This document shows, piece after piece, positions 1-17,200 of a DNA stretch of 64,000 bases. Position numbers and translations under genes: made by a program. How positions within the stretch are numbered: the stretch's first letter is position 1; each line of letters opens with the position of its first letter. The DNA comes from Balanoglossus misakiensis (Eukaryota; Animalia; Hemichordata), in the NCBI GenBank assembly GCA_040954595.2, contig CM082597.2:5275244-5339243 (forward strand), written 5' to 3'. The notes under the pieces were generated by a model, which saw nothing but the letters and a program-made list of their open reading frames with translations, was not told the origin of the DNA and ran no database searches.

Positions 1-1498
1 GCAGTAGGAGAAACATAGATATATCTCAAAGAGACTGTCAGACAGTAAGACTGTCATAGGGACAGACACACAGACAGACAATCCGACAGAAAGAAAGAAA
101 TTGGTTATTTATACGAAATTACTCTGAAATAGCAAAAGGACAAACGTAGATGTATCTCAAACAGGCAGGCAGACAGTAAGACTGTCAAAAAGACAGACAG
201 ATAGACAGGCAATCCGACAGACTGACAAAGGCCACATTGATCTACAAAGAGAGAAAATTACACGAACACAAATGAACCGTGAAGCAGCAGGGTGACAAAT
301 TAAGGAAATGAATGAAACGATGAAATAAGATAAAAACAAAACTGAAAAAAACAAATCACAGAAAACAGCCTAGAGGATGTATAAGAGAAACTAAAAGCTC
401 TGGCGGAGAGGTATTAGAGATACGGTAATTGATTGGAAATGGAGAGAGGAAGAGAGAGAGACTCGGGGGAACCGTGATGGACAAGGATAGAATGAGTCAT
501 GGGATGGTGATCGCAATGCATTGTCCGTTCAGTTGAGTGAGGTCAGTAGCTTAGTATGCACGTCATGAATGCAATTCGCCGACGTGAACTCCCCAGTGGT
601 AGAGATTTCAATTGAAACACTCTTGCTTATCATTGCGCTGTAAACGCATCGCTGTTAAATAGTCTATTTCACTTATATTTGCAAGTGTTGTGTGAATGGT
701 GAAATATTTTCTAATTTGAGTACAATTAGCAGGTGTTCAATTTAGCAATACAGGCATAATAACCCCTGTATTAAATATACAAAAATGTTCAAATTACTAG
801 CATCTTAAATTAGCGAATTTACACACCAAACTAAATTAGCTTTAACTAATATGACAGTTTATACAGTATTTCTAGTGTACTCATGCGCAAGGGCTTTGTG
901 TAATAAGTGGCAATTCACCAGTTTTCCAATACACAACAATTCAAGTAGTTTGTACTTTAAAACTGTCATTGTCAAAACACAGAGGCGTATATAACTATTT
1001 AATGTAGTCATGTGACCTGCATTGTTCTGGGTTATCAGTCATGTGATAAATTGTAAGCATTGACAGGTGTTATTGGACTCTTGGAGTGGAACTTATTACC
1101 ATACTGTACAGACATGCACCATGTATACACAGCAGAGATGTCATATTGGCATACATGCGTTACACAGATGCCGATATTCATTACAAATTCTCTGCCTGTG
1201 AGTCAGAAATACATTGTATTATCTGCACCACATATGTGCAATGATAAACAACATCTGGCTAGCAATGGGATGTTGTGATGGTTTGGTTAATATTTAACTC
1301 TGTACATGTATGTGGTACTGTAAAACTCTATGCATTAGCTGCATGCTTTTTAAAATAAAAATTGGATTTTCAGGACAATCAGCTATAAAGACATCTTCAC
1401 AATGGTAAATATAGAGAAATGCGGTATTTTCTTGGCCATTATTCCAAAGGTTTTAAATTGTGATGTTTCATGTACATGTGTATGTTTTTCGTTCACAG

Positions 1499-4113
<2,615 letters not shown>

Positions 4114-7100
4114 GATCATATGTCTGGACATACAGACAGACAATAACAGTTTACACATGGAAACATCTTCAGGAACTTAAAGAATGCTTTGAAATGCTAA
4201 ACATTCTGATATTATATGAATAAGGAAACAAAGAAAGCAAAGCAAGACTTGAGAAACCAATACTTAGAGTACATGTATACAGACAATAACATTTTAAACT
4301 TGCAAAAAGCATGTTGCATCTTTGAGACACTGAGATGCAACGGCATTTACTAATGGAAACAGCAACTACTTAAAATGAAAATTTTGGTGTTTGGACAACT
4401 GAGTGTGGCAACATGTGAAACTAAAATTGAGCAGAATAGTGGACTTAAATACTGTGATGGTGAGCAGAGAAGTACTGGAGTCGTCGCTAGTGAAACTGGG
4501 AGCTTCCTGTTGAAGGATATACATGTGAAACTACACAACAAACCAAGGGAATGTGTTGCTATGCCTATGGCTAACAGGTGATAAACCAGGATTACCAATG
4601 TACTATGTGTTTCCATCTGTGTGAAGATTACTAGAAGAACTGAATGCTGCTCATCTCCACAAACGTGAAGAATTCTTTAAAGCATTAATCATTCTGATAA
4701 TATAGGAATAACTCTCGTGGATAATTTTGTGCCATGTCTGGTGGATACATGCAACAAGGCAAAGAAGACATGATAAAGCGTGGTGTGAGAAACCAGTGGA
4801 ATGCATTGATGTACACGAACAGTGTAGAACTGGGAAAGGTGTTTGCTCAAGTGACATTTATATATGTATTGGAGGTGTCACTGTTTCTACAAGAACTTGG
4901 AGTCTTATATGGACAAGTAGATGGGTACCAGTATGAAAGTAATAGGGGTGTTTGTGGTACATATAGGTGGGTGGGTAACCATAGTTATAGGTTGGTAGGT
5001 AGGTAACCATAGTGACCATGGGTAATCATAGTGATATGTCTTAGTTGGCAGATAACCATAGTAATAGGTTGGTAGATATACATGAATATATGAAGGTGGG
5101 TAGCTACTGTTCGGTCTTTTATATGTGGTTAGGTTTGTTCTTGTGCTGCACAGGTAGGTGGTTGGGTAGTCGCTCTTCTGAAGGCCTCCTTGAATTCCTG
5201 CAGAACAGATCAATTTATCCCAAGTATGGTCAAGTTTTCTGTGTGTGTCTGTCTTTCTGTGCTGCATACTACTAATATGTGCAAATATGTGCACTTTCAT
5301 GGTACAATAAGATATCTCAAGTTACCATAAAATTGTGAAAATAGGCAAACATGATTTCTTAGTTATATCAGGAAAAAGAATCAATATAAGATTCTGTTTG
5401 TCAAAGTAATACATGATATTTATTGATAAATAGAGGCTATTAATGTACACTTAATATGAGTGTTGGGCTACAGATTCTTATTCACATAAATATAAAACAA
5501 TGTGATGTCTTCCTCGTTGATAGAGACCAATAATTCATGATATCAGGTATTGACAGTGCAGCCCTGTGAGAACTCAATTTCTGATACAAGAATGGCTGTA
5601 ATCTTCAATTATGTCTCCAGTTTTTGCTAAAACAAACAAACTTTGCTTTACTCTGTAGATGGATTCTAGGTCACACTATTTGGCAATGGATTGAAAAATT
5701 ACTAATTTGAATTAAAAGCAAATTGTACAGTTTGGGCACACTCAATGAAATAAACAACTCATTTTGGGAGACAACTTAACTTCGTGATCATCAAGGATGA
5801 AGTTCTTGCAAAAAATATATATTAATATTAATCTAGTCCAAAGGAATTTTTTAAGTCCGCGAATAAAGGTTACACTCAAATAATATTTAAAACAGAATAA
5901 ACATGTATATAAATTGATTTATCAAATTTTAAGATGGTGATTATTATGTATTTGTCAGATTTCTGGTACATATTTTATTTTTCTTACATTATTTGGAGAA
6001 CTTAAAATTCATATGGAATAATTGGTTTGTATTCTCACTGGACACTATCATTCATCCTCATGAAATGTCTGCCAAAATAATGATTTCCTCATGGTTTTAA
6101 TGTTTGTTCAGAATTATGTGAAAATAAATAGTCTTATATTGGCTTCACAAATTGGGTGGCCCAGTTCCAGGGGAAATGGAAATATTGACATATAAGGAAT
6201 GACTGGATTTTAAGCAAAGTGTATTGACTGCTGAATTATTGCTGTTGTTTTTTCTTCTTCCAGAAGTGGGTTAAATTCAATATACGTTACTGTTACTTTT
6301 TGTGGTTTTGTGGGTTTTTGTACATTTAACATCAGGTCATTCTGAAGTAAGAATATTGTGAGCTTCAGTGTTCAGTTGTGTTTGTTAACCCAACAGCTTC
6401 CCATTGGATTTTCATTTACATAAAACATTGCACTGCCATGATACCAGTCCAGTGATTGGTGCTATTCTGTCATGTGACGTTAACTTAATCCAATTAGTCT
6501 TTCACGACAAATATGTGTTTTATTTAAATTCCAAATGTTTGTTGCAGTTATTTTTCACACAAATTGAACATAACTCCAGTATGTACATGTACAACAATCA
6601 TTTTAATGTTTTATTACTACAAAATAGCTTGTGGTACAGTGAAATGTTAGGTTTTTGTGTTTTGGGAGTTTAACTGTACAATTTTTGCACAGTGGTGTTT
6701 TGTCTGTACACATCTTGATTTCATTTGTACTCTTTGATCTTAAATGCATGAAGATAGGAAACTGAAGAAAAATCTTTCAACATCAGAACACAAATGTATA
6801 CAATAATTTCATTAGCACTTTTCAGTGTGGTGTCTCTTGAATTGAACTTTCATACTGCGCATATAAAACTATGTAAAATCGCTGTTATTGCAATCAGAGA
6901 TGGAATAATTAGTATGTCATGGTGAATTGAGGCAAATACAATGACCAGTGTACACAGATGTAATGCATATGTTTTACACACCAATATGTTTGGCGTTGAA
7001 ATATATAATACATCTAACAGAATGTTCACCATCAGAGACCAACATACTTTGAAATTCTCTTTCCTCTGCATCCCTTGTCAGAAAATTTTTGTTACCATTC

Positions 7101-8147
7101 ATGTAACATGTTTCAGACTTCCACTATCAATTGTTTGGTTTGAACTAAATATTGTGTGTAATTGTGTGTGTTTTCTGTGAATACTTTTACATTAGAACAG
7201 TACTTAAATAATAACCAGAAGTGTGAATGTAAAATACACAGTTTCAACTACACTCACTTTCAAAAAAATGTTATCGAGATAGAATAAAACATACTTAATG
7301 CATCATGGCTAAGATCAAGCTTGATTACTGGATGTTGCGTGTGAAAAAACACCTGAAGTATATTCATTCTCAGATTTTTTCAGATTGTTTTTCGAACAAT
7401 CAAGTTAAGACTTTAGATCCACAAGAACCATTGATATAACAATCCCATGACCTGTTCCTTCTCAAATATTCTATACTGACTATTGAACATGCAATAAAAT
7501 ATTTGTTCCGAATATGTTGTCATGTTCTTTGTTTCCTGATCATAAAAAAACAGATTTTTTCACCATAAAGATGTCACAGTTGATTGAGGTGCTATGAAAA
7601 TTCGTTAAGATAGTACACATCTCTGGGACAGATTTTAAAAAATGCCTCCACATAAACAAACAAATGAAGACCACAGTAAAACCAACAAAAGATCAAACAA
7701 ACAAAAACACTGGCTGGATGACTAAATGTCACCAAAATACTATATAAATCGTGCATTTTTATTAGTACTCCGTGGCATATACAGTATAACCTGGAACATC
7801 TCTTGAGGGCGCCAGGTTGACTGATTCCAAACGACAATAGTATTCGAAACTGGCCACATCCAGAAATGCATGGTGTGCCAAGTGTACGTAGCACAATGAA
7901 AATGTCTTCCTTGTAAGTGGTGTTTGATAAATGTTCGTTCGTTCTGAGTGGTATGGACGGTCATAGAAAACATTGGTACCAAATCGGGACTATGACTGTT
8001 TGTTAGCACTTAGAATATATCTCTATTAATATAAGCGCTGTCAACTACAGTGCGACCTGTGGTTTTATCGAGGTTCCAATCTTGCCACGGAAAAGTCCTT
8101 TTCGGGCATATTGTTTGTTTATCACTCTGAGACTCCATGTGCGCCGA

Positions 8148-8910
8148 TGAACTGACCCAACATGACCTTACTTTGCATAAGAAAAGGTACGTAGCTTGTC
8201 CAATGAACGACCGACTCTGGGTCACCATCACTACAGCAACACTATACTGAAAATCAAGACGCCGGGATAAGATAAAATAGTCCCAGTTGAAAGCCTTGGC
8301 TGTTTTAAACCTCGTGCATAATTATGATTAATACTTCTACTAATAAAAATACAATCATGTATCTCAGTTTTCTCTAATTAATTTCAGTTCAAAACTAAAC
8401 CGAACTGTGGTACGTACATATGCACATATGTAAGGGAGGAACTACTTTCTGCTTGTATAAGCCATTCCAAACTACGGGTGAAGTGACCCAACATGACCCT
8501 ACTTTGCATAACAAAAGTTGCCAAACATGACCAATAGTAAACGTCCCTCTCTGGATTACGTCATCACTGCTCTGTATGGAAAATCAAGACGTCAATTATC
8601 GTGAATTCGGAGGGAAGTGCGCAATAACAATAAAACTTGAGCTCCGTGACCCCTGCACTTTCTGTGTCCCATAGAAGCTATTTTCACGAGTGATGCTGTA
8701 TAGATGTAATTTGAAGCAGTACGTTCAGGAGCACAGTCATCTTCGCTAGCCAAGGTGTATGTCTATTTCGGACAGGGAACCCTCGCTAAAAACATCTGGT
8801 AACTTCTGAGCCTCAAGCCAAACCTCCAATGAACTGACCTTACATACTTTGCATAACAAAAGCTGCGTGACTTGCCCAATGAATGGCCATCTCTGCTCTG
8901 TGTCACTTCA
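8148..8910. repeat. Three dispersed copies of a ~100-bp module spaced ~330-350 bp apart
   Basis: TGAACTGACC..TACTTTGCATAA(C/G)AAAAG..CCAAT..CTCTG at ~8148, ~8478 and ~8829. Confidence 0.7.
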
Positions 8911-11213
8911 GTGTTCATTTGCATTTTGACCCAGCCTGGTAGTGAGACTTTCTCTCAAATAAATTATGCAAAACAGCAATCACCTGTTGTCAATGAGTAA
9001 AGCTGATATTTTATTCAAAATTACATTTAAGCGTACATTTAAACAAAGTTTACATCAAAGTTATAAATTAATATTTTATATTAATTTTGAAAAAAGGAAC
9101 TACATATGAAGAATTCTGATTCCTGAAAAAAATGTGCTTCTCTTCGAATATCAAAGTCCTGATGCCCATAAAAAAATCTTGTCTTTTGTTAATACTTGCA
9201 AGCGATTAAACAGGACATTAAATTAAAAATTACTGATTCCATATTAGACTTTTCACCTCCCCATATTAGCATCATGTTTCTGTGTCCAACTAGTTTGTTC
9301 ATTTTTGGACAATATTTTCTGTGTAACGAAAAACATTTCTCTACTAGCCCAATCAAGATTCAATGCCACCAATTCAAATTTATCGTTAGTAAAGGATTTC
9401 ATAAAACACTGTAGTAAACATGACTTGAGCGAAAGACAATTTGCATATGCTTGGGCTATTACCCTTGTACTGCTTGACTGCAACACACATTATAACAATG
9501 TATACCCACCCCAAGCAAGATCTGTGTATTGAACTGAGGTTTCAGCGTTTAATTTTTTTTTTTTGCTGTGTTTACATTCACATAAAGTATGAGAGAAAAA
9601 GAAACCCAATGTTTAAAAGTAAAGATACTAGACCATGCCTCTTTGAAACTACAGTTGGAAGACTTAAACTAAAAGAATACCTGATAAAATATATTTTTGT
9701 GATCAGTTTCACTATTAATTCAAAGCTACCTTTTTTCATATGCACATAAAATATAAAAACCCTAATGTTGATCATGACAATAAACATGAAAAGTCAAGAA
9801 TTTACTTCACTCTCTGCAAAATCTAACTTTCTATAAAAAAAACTTGTGGGGGAAAAATTAGAAACTGAATAATCCACAATGTTCAGCCACATACTAATAA
9901 TACAATTCACAGTAATTTTCAGTGTTATTCATACTTTCTGAACAACAAAATAAAACATGATATTATTGCAATATTAGACATTAGGTCAGTCATTTCACAT
10001 ATTGTTAAAAAAATAAGACTAGAACTATACACTTAGGCTGTTTTGTACACTGTTTTGTTCACAAAGGAGCACTTCAATATATACAGTGTACATAAGACTC
10101 CTTCAAGAACAAAATTTGAGTTGCTGTGATATAACATGACCTAACATATTTCTTCAACCTCTTAGCTGTATAGTTTGGTCCAGTCTTGTAGTCTGCAAAG
10201 GTGAACCTGGACCTGTCTATATTTCAAAAGTGATGGAAGGGTTAAAATTACACCTTGTACACGTGCCTGCGTGTATAGTTGCTGCATCAGTACAGATCAT
10301 ACTTATAACCACTTAGTGTTTTAACATGAGATGCAAGTTTAGAATTCAATTACACTATTGCACATTGTACGCTTTGCGAGATAATTCATCAAGAGGTTGT
10401 GATTGAACCACACTACAACAAAATTATACTTTGGTCCACTCCATGGTTTTCTATGGTATGTCTGGACATAAACACTGCAAGATAGGGGTGATATGCTTGA
10501 AATGAAAGCAACACATTCCTCCTTTTGCATGGAGGTGCTTCTCGCTACATCATTAACATTTCATTACAACTTGAAACTTCAAAGCTTCACTATTATTTAC
10601 TTTACATTTTGGAATGGAAGTGTCTGGAAGCTTTTTTTTATTAATATTTTATTCATTAATCATTTACAGCCCCACACATGAACAAGAAAATCTTAAGGCT
10701 TTACAAATATATGGAAACTTGTTATAATTTACAAAACCTGAAATTCTGTTTCTGCAAATGGAAAATATTCAGATTAGAATATTTGAACTCAGTAACCCTG
10801 TCAAATAAAAATCACTGCCAGTGGTGCTAAGTGAACATTTTTGACAGTCACAGATTCCACTTTTTGCAGTTTTGCGATTTGTGAAACTGAAGAGGCATAA
10901 TTTTGGATAAATTTGTTTTATGTAAAATGTTTTAATGTGTTCTACCCAGAAATATGTCATTACAGTTGTGCTCTCATAGACATAAGACACAAATATCCCC
11001 ATGGCAATTTCTTCATGGTATAGTCAAAATCAGAAATTACCATACACCATGAAATTACTCTTATGTTTTACCCACATACAAGCTTACAGTAGAAGAACAC
11101 AGGCAATAACTTCTCAAAGTTAAACAAAAATAACCAAAATACAGTGATTGTTTCCCTGTGTCTACTGTAAATACAGTACAGTATTTACAATTTTTCGACA
11201 CTTGAAGAATTGA

Positions 11214-14200
11214 CTAGACTTCTTTCTTCTCTTCCTCCTCCTCTTCTTCCTCTTCATTTCTGACGTGTACAGGTGGTCCGAGATCGGGCTTATCTGTGAG
11301 TGTCACTGTGGAAGATCCTTTGTGTTGTTCAAATATAATGATCTGTGACACAAAAAGAAATGGAAAGTGAATTGATGACAAACTCTTAGTGAACTAAGCA
11401 TGGGGATTTTGGATTAGACAACACAATTATGTCTATAGCTTGGGACAGCAATTTTCCTCCAAAATTCTACATCTGAATATGTTTACAGTTTTAAACACAA
11501 ACGCAAAATAATACAGCACAGTACACATCAACAAAAATGCACATATAGAAATGTTTGGGGTAGTTGGAGAAATGAAAGGCAGTATAATCTCTACAACGTT
11601 GTATCGTGAGTCACTCATCAGGAGACCAGTCAAACCGCGTACTTCGTATAGCAATATTTGCATATACCTAACATTTACCATTTACCCAAGTAACTGAGTA
11701 TGGCAAACATCACCAGACTCACAGTTATTTCACCATGGCAACATACTAAATTTACTCACCTCAACCTCTGAATCTTTGAATAAAGGTCCCGGTGCATACA
11801 GAGTTTTCTGTGGTCCGATATCCCAGTATCTGCCCAGATTGAAACTATTGACGAAAACTATGCCTTTTGTCCAGCCCTGCAAATGAGAATAAGAAAATAA
11901 CAATGTAAGTGGTACAAAATATATAACTATAGTACTGGAACAAAACGCATATGTACAGTCCAAGAAAATCTGAAATACAAAGCTAGGGCTTATGAAGATT
12001 ATCAACCGATATAGTAGGGAAATGACATCAGGATGAATATATGAATAACAGTGAAATGGGTTCTTTTCTTAACCCAGCACGTCCACCCTGAACAATATAG
12101 TCTAACAGAAAGCTTTTTACAGTCTTACCTGCATGTCAACGAAGACATCGTCAGGCGCTGATGGTGTGTAGGTTCCTTTGTAAATAACAGGACCACTATA
12201 TGTGCCAATATTGGCAATATTCTGCCATTTTGTTGACGCTCTCAATCTATTAAAAAGACAAACACATAAACAGATATGTAAAATATGTAAAATATGACAC
12301 TTTGTATCAATGAAAACCTCTCAATGACTACATTACAATCATAAAGAATGTCTGGTATCAGCTGATGATGTCATGGAATCACATGATCCTTACTTCGCCA
12401 TATATGGAGCCTTGAATTCCAAAGGAAATATCTGCCAACTTCTGATTTTGTTACCATCCAATAGCACTTGTCCATACAAACCTGCAAAAGGTAAATTGTG
12501 AATGTTTAATGGTAGATTCTTAACTTCTAGTTCACATATAGGTAAACACTAAACAGGGTATGTGTTATGCATTTACTTTTTTTTTCAAAATATACCATTC
12601 TATGCACAAACTTCTGTTTACTTCTAAAGGAACATCTACATCAAGAAACATGGGTCTTTAATAAGTTTATTGGCCTCTTAAGACGAACTTTCACTGTTTC
12701 TTTGCCTGTAGATGCTAAACAGTTACTGATTTTCTTCAAGAACATATTGTCTTTCATAACTTACCTTTCCTTTCCTCTGAAATTTCTATCCCATAATTCA
12801 CTCTGCCTTGGTTTTCCACCAATATATCCAATATATTATCTTTAGAATCCTTAAATGGAAAAAAATGAAAAAAGGTAAAACATTAATTTTTGTTCATGTC
12901 CGGGTTTAAGTTACTAGTATATTACATGTTTATGTGTAATTCCGCATTCCAGGATAAACTTATCAATTACTTTTAAAACTGATGTATTCAGAATAAGCAA
13001 TCTTTTTTATAATGATTTCAACCCGTCCTCCCCACCATCCAATAATTCCTGATCCCCCTGACATTTTGAAAAGTGTACTTAACCCCATCCTTGAATGAAT
13101 ACTTTCATAACAGTTCAACAAGCGAGACATTATTACCCCATATCTTCATGTAAAGTACCTACCTCCTTCAAGTTCTTCAGTGGAATCGCAGCATATTGCC
13201 ATGCTGACACGACGCCGATCTCTTCCCCATTGACAAAGATCTGAGCTCTGTCCCTGATGGCCTTTGTGAAGCTGATCTGCTTTGATTTCCCATCGACGAC
13301 AGTCCGATACAGAATGTAACCATATCCCTGGCCACCCAGGTTGTTGATAGGCAACAGCTCCATAGGTTTGACATTGTCAGATTCCAAGATCTGTCAAGTT
13401 TCAACACAGAATCAGAATTCGAATACTAATCATTATTCGTTTGTTTTCTAGTACTTGAGGTCAAATTAGACTGATGTTTTGCTCAAGGCAACTTTCGATT
13501 ATTTCTGTAAAAATTGAAAATAAAATTTCAAAACACAGTGTACAAATTTCTAATAGGAGAGTTAAGTTGTCTGAAATTTTACTTTCAAAATGGCTGCCCG
13601 TCATTATAGCAATGATTTTTATGAAAACAAGATGATGATTTCTCACACACTTTAGTACAGCATTTGAAATATTTGGAGGAATATTATTTTTCTGAAAATC
13701 TGTCCCCAGGGACTTACCTCCACAAAGTCGAAGGTTTCCTTCAATGGCATGAAGTGTGTCATTTGAATTTCGACTTTGCCACTGATTCTACCAATGATCT
13801 TGGGTGGTCCTGGCAAAGAATCCGGCACTGAAATGGACAATATCATCAAATAATGGTGTTTTGTTTGGATAGGATATCTCTGAAGAAAGTTAGTCTTTGA
13901 AGATAAGGACTAATGGTACAACTGCATTCCACGTCGAATTTCTGCAATACATCCTACTTTCGCAACTATAGTGATTCTGTGTAAAAGTCTTCAATGCATA
14001 CAAAATATGAAATTTTACCTTTCAATTTCAACCTATGCTATATATCCCTGTCCAAATTAAACTTCAGTATCTTACAGACCACTTACCCATTCCTGGTTGC
14101 GCATGCCTCTTCAGGATTTCTCTGATTTTGAAGTATTTCTCCGTCAGATCGCCGGCCTCGGACAGTGGTGCATCATAATCTGAAAACAGTCACAATGTTT

Positions 14201-17200
14201 GTCAAGCTTACAAAAAAATACTTCACCCTTGTGTGAAGACTGAGACAGGTGCTTATTAAACCATGACACCCTACACTACATGGGTGGGGAAAGAGTTCAT
14301 TGCTGCAATTCAACTTAGTGGGATTACACCACAGTCAAAGCAGATTACAAAGTTATAACTTCTTATAGATAATGGATTGACCATTGTGAACATATTACAA
14401 AGCTTACCATAACTTGTAATGGTTGGTTGATATTTGCCATCATAGTCCAAGTTGGCACCATTCATAAACCCAAAGTTTGTACCTCCATGAAACATGTAGA
14501 AATTGACAGATGCACCCATGTCTAGAATACGCATCAAGACTCTCTCCATTTCTGCGGGAGAGAAAAAACAAAAGATAATTTATGGTAAAGTATAAGAAGG
14601 AAAGTCAGTCCATCTACAACTATCAACGTTTTCAGCGGATGGTGGGACAACATAGGACGCATAACAATATGGGTGTGGGTTAACAAAACAGGTAAGACTC
14701 ACCATCTACACTAAGAATATGGTGGTATTCTCCCCAATGGTCAAACCATCCAGACCAATACTCCATCACCATCAGAGGCTTATCATCGCCCTGCAAGAAA
14801 CAAACATCTAATAAAACACAGACTCTGATCTACAGCATAGTACCAGTAGATGATTGGTTGGAGGTAGTCACCTGACCACTTTGCATGTGATGAAGCATCA
14901 TGTAGCAATATCACATGACAAGCATGTGATCACGTACCTGTAGTGACTGCACCAATCCAAAGTGTTTCTCTGGTTTGACTTGAAAGTTTGCAGTCATCAA
15001 CACTGTTGGAGAGAATAAGAAACATTAGTACATGAACAATCTTACATTCTTTATACTATCACTTGCAACCATCATTCAATCCCACACAAAATGACCAAAT
15101 TTGATTTAGTTTTTTTAAGTTTGATTTGACTGGCCAATTATAAATAATCTATCTTGTACAACATGATACCATGCTAATTTGCTACACTAATAAGCCATTT
15201 AATATAGCTGCATTTTCCCTGCAAAATTGACGGTTCACTTGCTATATAGACTGCTTTGACTTGTGCGTTTGTCTAGAGAAGATTTTGAACAAATTCTGAC
15301 AATAACAAGAAAGCAAATATCACACGACCACTGGGTCCTGACACATACATGATGTGCAGGTGCGGTACAAACTTTTGAAAAATGGAATGCCATGCCACAA
15401 TCAGAGCAAGACAAATAAGCATCTTTTCCAAACATATATAAGCAGAAAGGTAAACCACAGCAAACTTAATCATGTGATGTAAGGTGACCTTTGCACTCTA
15501 ACCCATGAACTCTAAATCCCCACTACACAGATTCATAATAATCATGACAGGGCTGCATGTAATGGCTGTCACCACATAGAGCTATGAAAGCCAACACAAT
15601 AATCTAAAATCTCTCTTTGGGCATTTTGGATTTGCAGACTACCAGTCGTCCGTAATATTGTACCAAAGATGAAACCAACAGGACAATCTAAATATTAAGA
15701 TATACACATGCTAAGTGCCTGATATAGAACTACATTGCATTCTCATTCAAACCTGATGCAAAATGATTTCACCAAATGATCCAATTATCACCAAACAAAC
15801 ATGAATACATGATTGGATATGATACAGATGATTATGGTTCATTATAGCCAATCACAACTTTTGTTTCTCACCATCAGGAATTCGTCCATTCCTGTATCTA
15901 TCTTCCTTGGTGCCATCAGACGTCAAAAACAATTCCTTAATCCCACGATTTTCCAAGGCCTGGTGATTTTATGGATGAATGTCATGGGATTTAATGAAAT
16001 CATAATGACACTGGCATGGCAGAGGTGTACATACACAGTTGGGATAGAGTGGGAGTGGGTGCTATGAGGCTAAGTGGTGTTACTGTAGTTGATGACAGGG
16101 CTAAACAACAGACACCATACAATACAGCAAAATTTGATGATCAAATATATGATCAGCAAAGTTTGGAAGAATCCTTTGAATTTCTCAGTCTTATTTTTAT
16201 TGTCATAAGACCAGATATACACTATGTACATGTAGGTCTAACACACTTTGATAATGCACACTTATTGCAAATATTTTTTTAAAACGTAATTTGTGATGTG
16301 GATTTCCGATGTCTTGATGTTTGACCCTCTCAAGGTACTTTGCATGATGGAAACGTTTAGATAAATAAATAAATAAATAAATAAATAAATACATGTAAAT
16401 AAATAAATAAATGAGAGCAAAAAAACAAAATGCTATCTGAACTTTGAATATAGTGATCATTTGAAAAATGATATGTGAAATTGCAATTTGGGTGATTTGG
16501 TTAGTTCCACACAGAAATAGTGCTGCAGAAAGCAGATATAGTTAGGTTGGGATTCTTTGCCAAGTTTTTTGCTGCTCATAGATTTGCACCATCAAAGATT
16601 GGCAGCAGATTCTTACCATTAGGTATACCTCCATTAGTGTAAGCAACTTTGCTATTGTCACTGGTTAAGAACAGTTCTCGGATACCACGCTTTTCAAGAG
16701 CCTGTTTGGTGCGAGTTTGCAAGTGGTTAAAAAGTTGATTGGGATCAAAGTATTGGAGGGGGGAAAAAGGAATTCTGGGCAAAGACAAGGTATGGGAAAT
16801 TCTCTAATTTGGAAGAAGAACGTGTTTTATTTCTTAACAAAATTCTGTGCAGAAAGTCTTTAAGAGTACATGATATAATAACAAGAATATGTGCATCTCA
16901 ACCCTTCCACCCCCATGGTTTTGAAGAACCCATTGTTTCTGGTAGTATGGTTAGATCCATACCCTGGAAACTGGTGGGGTTAAAGGGTTATATTTACATG
17001 GATTGATAGATAACATGGAAGTAAGCGTGCAGTGCAGTGTCAGTTGGCAAGTGGAAAACAGAAATTTGGTCATTTCAACAACTCCTGTATGATCCTGGTA
17101 GTTTTCATGACATTTCAGTCTCTCTGCAAGCAATGCTCTTTGCCTTAGTGGTGAATTACACTGTATATGTTTTGCTCCAAGTTGAAGTAGCCAATCAGTG

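Noticed and set aside
4965-5080. Short GGTAACCATAGT repeats in the BACE 3' region
   Set aside because: A small degenerate minisatellite with no further supporting structure.
11214-11260. KKEV C-terminus of the beta-galactosidase as a KKxx ER-retrieval signal after a poly-Glu tract
   Set aside because: With an N-terminal signal or anchor the C-terminus is luminal, so a cytosolic KKxx signal could not operate.
14865-14935. Cluster of CAYRTG/CACCTG E-boxes in a beta-galactosidase intron (CLEAR-like)
   Set aside because: CATGTG-type words are frequent throughout this window; enrichment cannot be shown by eye.
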